Shown piece by piece: positions 8,673 through 15,772 of a DNA stretch of 38,453 nt. The notes under the pieces were generated by a model. The model was not told the origin of the DNA, made no database searches, and saw only the letters and a program-made list of their open reading frames with translations. Each line of letters begins with the position of its first letter. Within the stretch, counting starts at the first letter, position 1. The DNA is taken from NCBI GenBank assembly GCA_963605945.1, contig CAVCWF010000151.1:1-38453 (forward strand), given 5' to 3'. The position numbers and the translations under genes were made by a program. The DNA comes from Lachnospiraceae bacterium. GTDB taxonomy: Bacteria > Bacillota > Clostridia > Oscillospirales > Oscillospiraceae.

Positions 8673-9272
8673 ATGCCGCCAAGGAAAACGACAGGGAACC
8701 CCGGAGGGACTAAGGAACATATCCGCTCAGTGGCAACCGCGCTGTTCAACGAGTTCGGGTACGATGAAACCTCCATTCCCATGATCTGCGAAAAGGCAGG
8801 GGTATCTAAAACGACCCTTCATTATTACTTCCCCAAAAAACAGGATCTGTTTTTCGACATGAGCAATAACTTTGAGGAGCTGTACAACGCTTCGTTTTAT
8901 CGTGTTGTCGAGCAGGAGACCTTTACAAAGCAGATATGGGAAATATTCAACATTATGTGCGAGGGAGATCTGTATTACGGTGTGAGCACATCCCAGCACT
9001 ATTTCATTCAGCGCCTGAAAGAACACGAGCAGAGGAATTTTATCGAAAATATCTACCACAAAAAGATGCTGACGGCGGTTATCCGTTCGGCGCAAAGAGC
9101 CGGGCAGATGCAGAATATGGCGGAACCGGAGAAAATCGCTGAGGTTCTTTCCTACGCCATGCGCGGCGTGATTCTCACTTGGGCGATCGAGAACGGCACA
9201 CTTGATCTTACGGAGCAGTCGCGAGAGGTTGTACGTACGATAATCATGCCGGCCGAGGGCTATGACATATAA
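8673..9272 (+). CDS. TetR/AcrR family transcriptional regulator
   Basis: The N-terminal HTH region reads TKEHIRSVATALFNEFGYDETSIPMICEKAGVSKTTLHYYFPKKQDLF. AAGGAG sits 8 nt upstream of the ATG. The gene is divergent from the 8592 operon. Confidence 0.85.
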   Translation: MPPRKTTGNPGGTKEHIRSVATALFNEFGYDETSIPMICEKAGVSKTTLHYYFPKKQDLFFDMSNNFEELYNASFYRVVEQETFTKQIWEIFNIMCEGDLYYGVSTSQHYFIQRLKEHEQRNFIENIYHKKMLTAVIRSAQRAGQMQNMAEPEKIAEVLSYAMRGVILTWAIENGTLDLTEQSREVVRTIIMPAEGYDI

Positions 9273-9450
9273 AACGCTTGTAGTACTGCAATACTATAAT
9301 ATGCGAATCGAAGTTCAATTTGTATAGGACTATAATACGCATTGCTTCAAATTTGTCAATGCTTCAACTGCAATTTTGGCGCTTTCAACAGATGAGTGTT
9401 GTTGAATTTGTGCGCTTTAGACAATCCTTGGCTTTTGTATAGGCAGATGA

Positions 9451-9490
9451 AAATCAAGCGGAGCGGCTTTTTAGCTGCTCCGTTTGATTT
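9451..9490. terminator. Long hairpin (about 18-bp stem, TTTT loop) with A-tract/T-tract arms; candidate bidirectional terminator
   Basis: AAATCAAGCGGAGCGGCT - TTTT - AGCTGCTCCGTTTGATTT, with one mismatch and one G-T pair. The hairpin lies 180 nt after the TetR stop, so it is unclear what it terminates. Confidence 0.45.
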
Positions 9491-9647
9491 GCTTGTCGTG
9501 AAATTAAAAGCATAGCCACATGGTGTGACGCAAGGGCTGAGAGCGAAAAGGCTTCCTCGTTTGTGGTGGAAACCGCGTCAATAGTCCCCCTGAAAGCGCG
9601 GGAAAATCCAAGAATCGCGCGGATGGGGCGCACACGGGTATTGTGTT

Positions 9648-9674
9648 TTGACAAAAAATGAGCTAAAATAAAAT
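9648..9674 (+). promoter_or_regulatory. Candidate promoter for the 9731 operon (-35 TTGACA, -10 TAAAAT)
   Basis: TTGACA lies at 9648-9653 and TAAAAT at 9669-9674. The spacer is only 15 nt, hence the low confidence. A leader hairpin TCAGGCGC...GCGCCTGA and the RBS GAGAGGAGA follow. Confidence 0.35.
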
Positions 9675-9730
9675 GTCAGGCGCAGTGACGAAACCGGCGC
9701 GCCTGAACCAATAACCGAGAGGAGAACTCT

Positions 9731-10618
9731 ATGAACGGATCAGTGAGCAGACTGTGCGATATAGACAGCATAGCGATCCCGGAAGATATGCTGGAGATCA
9801 GCGTGAGCGAGCAGGATGTGGAGAACGGCGTCAAGGCGCTGGCGATGCGTTATGCCGCAGAGAGCGAGGCCGGTACGGCGGAGCGCGGCGACGTGGTGCA
9901 CTGCCGCGCCGATGAGACTGCGTACCCGGACGGCAGAACCGTACTCATCTTCACCGGCGTCGAAATACCCGGCGCCGAGGAGGCGGCAAAGGCGGCCATA
10001 GGCAAAAAGCCCGGAGACATTTTCGAAACGCAGCTTGCCGGGAAAACCGTCAGACTTACCGTTGAAAAGGTAATCCGCCGCACGCCCGTTGAGGTGAACG
10101 ACGCGCTGATAGCGTCCATCGGCATCGACGGTGTCGCCACGGTCGAGGAATACAAAAACCACCTGCGCGAAAAGGCGCTGGCCGACATCAGCCTCGAAAA
10201 GCACAAGATGGCGAGCATCTATCTGCTGGACAAGCTCATAGACGGGAGCGAGTACAGCTATGATGAAGTGGAGTTCGAGGAGTTCTTCCAGAAGAACCTC
10301 AGCGCTTACTCCGCGGAGGACGAGATGATGGGAATGCAGGCCGACCCTGAGGAGCTGCGGCAGTCCGCGCTCCGCCAGCAGAAGCAGTGCTGGGCGGCGG
10401 AAGCTTTCTGCAAGAGCCGCGGTATCGAGATCGACAAGGCGGCGGCAGAGGCGGACGCAGGCCAGATGCAGGAAATGATGGAGCTTGTGGGGGAGGAAGT
10501 CCCGCCGCATGAGGAGCTTGTAGAGATGGCGCTGCAAAGCGCGTACTTTGACGCGCTGTTCGGATACATGGACGGCATTATTGAGAAGAAGATCGGAGGT
10601 TCCAATGGCAACGGTTGA
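9731..10618 (+). CDS. Trigger-factor-like protein (FKBP-type PPIase-like plus TF C-terminal arm domain) lacking the ribosome-binding N-domain
   Basis: The segment GDVVHCRAD...GKKPGDIFETQLAGKTVRLTVEKVIRRTPVEVNDALIASIG resembles the TF PPIase domain and its junction (AGK..F.V.i..i....lPEldDef). An acidic helical C-terminus follows. No GFRxGxxP ribosome-docking motif is present. Product is 295 aa, against about 430 aa for a bona fide Tig. Confidence 0.55.
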   Translation: MNGSVSRLCDIDSIAIPEDMLEISVSEQDVENGVKALAMRYAAESEAGTAERGDVVHCRADETAYPDGRTVLIFTGVEIPGAEEAAKAAIGKKPGDIFETQLAGKTVRLTVEKVIRRTPVEVNDALIASIGIDGVATVEEYKNHLREKALADISLEKHKMASIYLLDKLIDGSEYSYDEVEFEEFFQKNLSAYSAEDEMMGMQADPEELRQSALRQQKQCWAAEAFCKSRGIEIDKAAAEADAGQMQEMMELVGEEVPPHEELVEMALQSAYFDALFGYMDGIIEKKIGGSNGNG

Positions 10619-10922
10619 ATTGAAAGACAGTGAGTGGAAAGAATTTTCCAAGGCCGACTACGCCGTCATCGACTGCTACGGCGAGAACTGCACGGCCTGC
10701 GTGATGCTCGCGCCGATATATGACGCGGTCGCAGACGAGCTTGCGGGTGTGTCCTTCGGACGCGTCAACATCTCGATATATCCTGAGATCGCCGACAGCT
10801 ACGGCATTAATGCTATGCCGACGCTGCTGTTTTTCAGAAAGGGCGAGCTTGTGGATCAGTTTATAGGCAGCATGGAGAGGGAAGACCTGCTCGGCCTTAT
10901 CTCGAAGCTACTGTACGAGTGA
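10605..10922 (+). CDS. Thioredoxin-family protein with atypical CTAC active site
   Basis: I trimmed the start to ATG 10605, with GGAGG 5 nt upstream. Product is 105 aa with a Trx fold pattern: AVIDCYGENCTACVML...GINAMPTLLFFRKGELV (cis-Pro region). It overlaps the upstream gene by 14 nt. Confidence 0.8.
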   Translation: MATVELKDSEWKEFSKADYAVIDCYGENCTACVMLAPIYDAVADELAGVSFGRVNISIYPEIADSYGINAMPTLLFFRKGELVDQFIGSMEREDLLGLISKLLYE

Positions 10923-10935
10923 GGGGGAACGGAAA

Positions 10936-11136
10936 ATGGGCAAAATCCGTCTCAACGACGACCGGGAAACGGTCGCAAGAGTTAAGGAGGGCCTGAAGCG
11001 CACGGGGGGCTACTGTCCCTGCCGGTTGGAGCGCAAGCCCGAATACAAGTGCATCTGCGAGGAATTCAAGGCTCAGATACAGGATCCGGACTTTGAGGGC
11101 TATTGCCACTGCCGCCTGTATTATAAAGAGAAATAG
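10936..11136 (+). CDS. Ferredoxin:thioredoxin reductase catalytic-subunit-like mini protein (CPC / CxC / CHC)
   Basis: The 66-aa product has exactly six Cys arranged as CPC (27,29), CIC (39,41) and CHC (57,59). This is the same three-pair arrangement that binds the 4Fe-4S cluster and forms the redox disulfide in FTR catalytic subunits. The gene sits directly downstream of the thioredoxin gene. Confidence 0.6.
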   Translation: MGKIRLNDDRETVARVKEGLKRTGGYCPCRLERKPEYKCICEEFKAQIQDPDFEGYCHCRLYYKEK

Positions 11137-11149
11137 GAGAGGAACAGTT

Positions 11150-12235
11150 ATGAAAAAGATTATAAGCATCGCCGTTATTCTGGCACTGGCGCTCGCGCTG
11201 ACCGGCTGCGGCCTGTTCAGCGACAACTCCATCGTCAAGCTTGACGACTACTATACCCACAGCGACCCCAAGGATCTCAGCTATGACCAGCGCATACTCC
11301 TCAAGGGCGACGGCTTCGGCGAGTCGCTGGAGAGCTTCATAAACTCCGCCGCGTACCCTGACACCATGATGTACGACGCGAGCGGGAACGTGATAGGCAT
11401 GTACGACTATGACGAGACGACCGGCATCGCCTCCGGCTGGTACGATCTTTCCACCGGCGAATACAAGGAATTCGCCGCCGGCGAAGAGGTCGATCTTGGC
11501 CTGCCCGACGAATCGCTGATGATAAGCATCCCCGGCGACGTGACGGCGTACTTTGTCGTCTACGGCAGCAAGGGCACAGCGGTAGCTGCGTACATGTACC
11601 TCATTCTGTCCGACGCTTCCGCTAAGGACGCCGTCATCTCTGCGGCGGAGACCGCATACGGCTTCACCATGACCGCCGTGAACGACACTGTGCTCACCAC
11701 CGTTCAGGACGCGGATTACATCGCCGCGCAATTTGCCGCCATGGAGGACTACGGTTACAGCTTCAATACCAAGGACGCCGACGCCTATGCCAACATTCTC
11801 AACATGAACTACGGCGTGCGCACCTACGGCGGCGTGAACCCCTACACCCCCTACGCGGATCACACCGATCCCGAAGGGCTGGACTTTGACACCCGCGTCG
11901 TTATGACCGGCTCCGGCGAGGCCGCCGTTGAGGAGAAGTACACTGCGGATATCTCCTCAATGACCGACTTCATCTATGCCAAGGACGGCAATGTCGTCGC
12001 ACAGTACACCTACTATGAGTGCCCCTCCAAGGAAGCGGCGGACGAGCTTATGGACGGCGGCCAGTTCATGGGGCCGACCCGCGTGTCCGACACCGTTATA
12101 GTCTCCATCCACGAGGGAGCGAACATGGACGAGCTGCTGAACGCGTATATAGGCTACAACGTGCTCAAGGACAAGTCTCTTACCGACTATGTCAGAATGC
12201 TGGAGGAAACCTACTTCACGGTCGTCTGCGACTGA
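11150..12235 (+). CDS. Lipoprotein of unknown function
   Basis: I trimmed the start to ATG 11150, with AGGAGAGG upstream. The signal peptide MKKIISIAVILALALALTGC has an L-T-G-C lipobox. The mature part is acidic and rich in Tyr and Asp. I recognised no family. Confidence 0.75.
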   Translation: MKKIISIAVILALALALTGCGLFSDNSIVKLDDYYTHSDPKDLSYDQRILLKGDGFGESLESFINSAAYPDTMMYDASGNVIGMYDYDETTGIASGWYDLSTGEYKEFAAGEEVDLGLPDESLMISIPGDVTAYFVVYGSKGTAVAAYMYLILSDASAKDAVISAAETAYGFTMTAVNDTVLTTVQDADYIAAQFAAMEDYGYSFNTKDADAYANILNMNYGVRTYGGVNPYTPYADHTDPEGLDFDTRVVMTGSGEAAVEEKYTADISSMTDFIYAKDGNVVAQYTYYECPSKEAADELMDGGQFMGPTRVSDTVIVSIHEGANMDELLNAYIGYNVLKDKSLTDYVRMLEETYFTVVCD

Positions 12236-12246
12236 CAGAAACCGAA

Positions 12247-12283
12247 AACGGACGCCATACTCACCGGCATGGCGTCCGTTTCA
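12247..12283 (+). terminator. Intrinsic terminator after the lipoprotein gene
   Basis: A perfect 12-bp stem AACGGACGCCAT / ATGGCGTCCGTT (12247-12258 / 12269-12280) has a 10-nt loop. The following T-tract is short (TTT). Confidence 0.55.
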
Positions 12284-12300
12284 CACAGGGGATATAGCTT

Positions 12301-14043
12301 ATGGAAACACGAGTAAAAGAAAAGCCTCAGTCCGGCTCATGGAAGGCGCTGTTCCGCACGATAAAGCGCCTGCGCCTGCCGTGGCTGTGGATAATCGTAG
12401 GTCTGTCGCTGAATCTTGTGCTCAATAACATGCTGCTCAAACTGCCCGATCTCACCGCCGATCTGCTCAGCGGCAAGATAACAGGCGCGGCGCTCACAAA
12501 GGCGATAGCCTATTATATCGGCGTTGGCCTGATGTCCGCCATCGCGGTCGCGGGGCAGGTTCAGGCGCAGTCGTACAGCGTGCTCAAGGCGCGCGAATCA
12601 ATCTGGAAAAAGATGCTCGGAATGAGCATGGATTATTTCGACCGGAACGATCCGTCCGACCTTATGAGCGCGATAATAAACGACTCCAGCCAAGCGCTTA
12701 CCAATTTTGTCAACGTCATAGTCTACCTCATTCCGGATGTGTATTACGTCGTCATGGCTCTGCGCCGCATCGGCGAATACCACTGGATACTGGCGGCGTC
12801 CTGCTTTGCGATGCTGCCGCTCAAGTACCTCTACGCGCTCATAATGGGGCGCAAGTTTCAGGCGAGCACGGCGAAGCTGTACGGCAGGATCGGCGTGCTT
12901 ACAAGCTTCCTTGCCGACAGAATAAATAATCTGCCGCTCATAAAAACCTATACAAACGAAGAGAACGAGAGCGAGAACGGCCGCGACGCCGCCGACGGGC
13001 TGCTGCGCGCGAACATGAAGCTTGTGCATCTGGATAACTTCGCCCTCGGCATCAGCTCGGTCATCGACATTCTCCAGAAATTCGTCGTAGTCGTTGTCGC
13101 GGTCATCCTGCTGCAAAAGAAGGAGATAGACCTCGCAATGTGGCTGGCCTTCTTCCTGTTCGCGCAGAACCTGTTCCCAAACATGGACGCCATCTTCGAC
13201 CTGTGGATACGCATCAAGAGTATGCACGGCTGCTTTGACCGCGTCATAGGCATCATGGACGGCGAGGACGAGGACACCGGCGCGGCACAGCCCTTCCCCG
13301 AAAGCGGCGACGTCCGCTTCGACGATGTGAGCTTCACCTATCCCGACACGGATTCCCCCGCGCTTGACCATGTGTCCTTCACTGTGCCGCGCGGCGGCGC
13401 AGTCGCCATCGTCGGTCTCTGCGGCAGCGGCAAGACCACTACGGTCAGTATGCTGGAGCGCTTCTACACGCCGGATTCCGGACACGTCTATCTCGGCGAT
13501 ACGGATATTCAGGAAATATCCCTTGCCGATTACCGGCGGCATTTTGCCTATGTGCAGCAGGGCGCCGCCGTGTTCAGCGGCACAGTGCGCGAAGCGCTTA
13601 CCTACGGCGTTGACCGCGAGGTCGGCGACGAGGAGATAATGGCCGCGGCGGAAAAGACCGGCTTTGCCGAATATATCGCCTCCTGCGCGGACGGGCTTGA
13701 CGCGGAGATCGCCTCCGGCGGCGAGTCCATGTCCGGCGGCCAGAGCCAGCGCCTTGTACTGACGCGCGAGCTGCTGCGCGGCGGCGATATCATCCTCATG
13801 GACGAGCCGACGAGCGCGCTCGACGTGCGCGTATCGGCGAAGATACAGGCCACGATGGACGAGGTGTTCGTCGGGAAGACGCGGATACTCATTACGCATG
13901 ATTTGGACTTGGCGAAGAAATACGGGCGTATACTCGTCATGGCCGACGGCAAGCTCGTGGGCGACGGCACGCACGAAAGCTTGCTTGAGACCTGCCCGGC
14001 CTACCGGAAGATGAACGAGAACGCAGAGGAGGCGGCAGTATGA
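12301..14043 (+). CDS. ABC exporter, fused permease/ATPase half-transporter
   Basis: An N-terminal six-helix exporter TMD is followed by Walker A GLCGSGKTT, signature MSGGQSQR, Walker B IILMDEPTSALD and an H-loop ITHD. Confidence 0.9.
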   Translation: METRVKEKPQSGSWKALFRTIKRLRLPWLWIIVGLSLNLVLNNMLLKLPDLTADLLSGKITGAALTKAIAYYIGVGLMSAIAVAGQVQAQSYSVLKARESIWKKMLGMSMDYFDRNDPSDLMSAIINDSSQALTNFVNVIVYLIPDVYYVVMALRRIGEYHWILAASCFAMLPLKYLYALIMGRKFQASTAKLYGRIGVLTSFLADRINNLPLIKTYTNEENESENGRDAADGLLRANMKLVHLDNFALGISSVIDILQKFVVVVVAVILLQKKEIDLAMWLAFFLFAQNLFPNMDAIFDLWIRIKSMHGCFDRVIGIMDGEDEDTGAAQPFPESGDVRFDDVSFTYPDTDSPALDHVSFTVPRGGAVAIVGLCGSGKTTTVSMLERFYTPDSGHVYLGDTDIQEISLADYRRHFAYVQQGAAVFSGTVREALTYGVDREVGDEEIMAAAEKTGFAEYIASCADGLDAEIASGGESMSGGQSQRLVLTRELLRGGDIILMDEPTSALDVRVSAKIQATMDEVFVGKTRILITHDLDLAKKYGRILVMADGKLVGDGTHESLLETCPAYRKMNENAEEAAV

Positions 14044-15749
14044 AGCTGAAAGAAAAAATACACCGCTACTTCGGCGTCCTGCGCGGCGTAAAGCTGCCAT
14101 GGATAATAATCCTCTGCTCCTTCGCCGTCTCGATAGCGTCGATGTCCACTGAGCTTCAGGTTGCGACGCTGACCGCCGGCATCATCGACGCGAGTCAGAG
14201 CGCGATAAACGCCAGAGAGCTTGTGAACTACATAAGCGTCGCCGCAATATCCGCAGCGCTCTCCATCGCCTCCAACTACTTCACACGCAGAATGGAGGAG
14301 ACCATAAACCTCCGCGTCCGCACGAAGCTGTGGACAAAGATAATGCATCTGCCGAGCTTCTATTACGATGAGGACAGCGGCGATCAGCTTGTCAGCCGTG
14401 TCACCTCGGATGCGGAAGCGCCATCCTCGCTGTTTTCGATGGCGGTGTCGTTCGTGGTGTGCATCGTGACCAGCATACAGGCTTTCACTCAGCTGTATTC
14501 CTATAACACCATGCTCGCAAACTACTCCCTCATCATAATCCCCCTGACGCTCATCGTCTGCGTCATCTACGGCAAGCTAACCTTCCGCCTTGGCGTTTTC
14601 GGCACCGTGACGACGGCGTCCAGCCTCGGCTACCTCGCCGAGCGCGTGCGCAGCTTCCGGCTCATCAAGAGCTCGCTTGCCGAGAAGGCCGAAGCCGTCC
14701 GCGGCAACAAGACCTTCAAGCGCATGTACCTTGCCGATTTCCTGAGCTGGCTGCTCGTTGCGGGCTATTCTCTCGCGTCGAGCCTGTTTTCCATCATGTT
14801 CATAGTCATCATATTCGTCATCGGCGGCCGGCTCGTCACCACGGGCGAACTGACGATAGGCGATCTGACGAGCTTCTACATGATAACCGGCATTGTCTCG
14901 CTCCAGCTCATGCAGTTCTTTATGAACGTCGGCTCCGTCTCCGGCACCTTCGGCACGATGAAGAAGATAGCCCAGATAATGGACACAGACTCCGAACCGA
15001 ACGGCGGGGAGCCTGTCCCGGAAGTGTGCGCCGACATAGAGTTCGACAATGTCAGCTTCGCCTACGCCGGGCGACAGGACGTCATAAAGAATCTGTCCGT
15101 GAAGATACACATGGGCAAGGTGACGGCCGTCATCGGCGGCAACGGCGCGGGCAAATCGACGCTGTTCAAGCTGCTTCTGCGTCTCTACGAGCCGAAGAGC
15201 GGCGAGATCCGCTTCGGCGGGGACGGCATCGGCAAATACTCCCTGACCGACTGGCGCGACAGGTTCGCTGTCGTCTCGCAGCGCAATCCGCTCATCGGCG
15301 GCACCGTGCGCGAAAACATCGCCTACGGCCTTGACCGCGAGGTCAGCGACGAGGAACTGGCGGAGACCGCCCGCAGAGCCAACTGCTACGACTGCATCAC
15401 CGCGAAGCCCGGCGGCTTTGACGAGGACGTGGGGCTTGGCGGCTCCAACTTCTCCGGCGGTCAGGGGCAGTGCCTCTCCATTGCGCGCGCCATGCTGAGA
15501 AACGCCGACTACCTGCTGCTCGACGAGGCGACGAGCAATCTCGACGTTGTGAGCGAGGCGCAGGTGACCGGCGCGATGGACGAGCTGATGCGGGATAAGA
15601 CCACTATAATGATTGCCCATAACTACGCGGCGACGCGAAACGCCGACTACATAATCGTTATGAAGGACGGCGCGGTCGAGGCCGCGGGAACGCCGGACGA
15701 GCTGCTGAAAACGAACGAGTATTACAGAATGTTCGTAAAGACGCTCTAA
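14040..15749 (+). CDS. ABC exporter, fused permease/ATPase half-transporter (partner subunit)
   Basis: Carries Walker A GGNGAGKST, signature FSGGQGQC and Walker B LLLDEATSNLD. The ATGA start/stop overlap with the upstream gene implies a heterodimeric pair. Confidence 0.9.
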   Translation: MKLKEKIHRYFGVLRGVKLPWIIILCSFAVSIASMSTELQVATLTAGIIDASQSAINARELVNYISVAAISAALSIASNYFTRRMEETINLRVRTKLWTKIMHLPSFYYDEDSGDQLVSRVTSDAEAPSSLFSMAVSFVVCIVTSIQAFTQLYSYNTMLANYSLIIIPLTLIVCVIYGKLTFRLGVFGTVTTASSLGYLAERVRSFRLIKSSLAEKAEAVRGNKTFKRMYLADFLSWLLVAGYSLASSLFSIMFIVIIFVIGGRLVTTGELTIGDLTSFYMITGIVSLQLMQFFMNVGSVSGTFGTMKKIAQIMDTDSEPNGGEPVPEVCADIEFDNVSFAYAGRQDVIKNLSVKIHMGKVTAVIGGNGAGKSTLFKLLLRLYEPKSGEIRFGGDGIGKYSLTDWRDRFAVVSQRNPLIGGTVRENIAYGLDREVSDEELAETARRANCYDCITAKPGGFDEDVGLGGSNFSGGQGQCLSIARAMLRNADYLLLDEATSNLDVVSEAQVTGAMDELMRDKTTIMIAHNYAATRNADYIIVMKDGAVEAAGTPDELLKTNEYYRMFVKTL

Positions 15750-15772
15750 ACATAACAATAAGAGGATAAATA

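Noticed and set aside
1-9272. Calling the redox island a bile-acid 7-alpha-dehydroxylation (bai) operon
   Set aside because: Only family-level resemblance exists (BaiCD/H-like reductases, BaiA-like SDR, BaiG-like MFS). No baiB, baiE, baiF or baiI equivalents are present, and a Zn-ADH and two TetR genes are present instead. The specific assignment is unsupported.
9454-9654. 66-aa minus-strand ORF, and a possible TPP-type (CTGAGA) or c-di-GMP-type (GACGCAA) riboswitch in the 9500-9645 segment
   Set aside because: The ORF has no RBS and no recognisable family. The short motif matches are isolated, and the rest of the TPP or GEMM consensus (for example ACCUGAUCUGG or paired tetraloop/receptor hairpins) is absent. 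The region is kept only as an unexplained structured region in the findings.
11066-11863. 265-aa minus-strand ORF
   Set aside because: It is antisense to the lipoprotein gene. Its repetitive Gly/Val/His composition and lack of RBS make it a shadow ORF.
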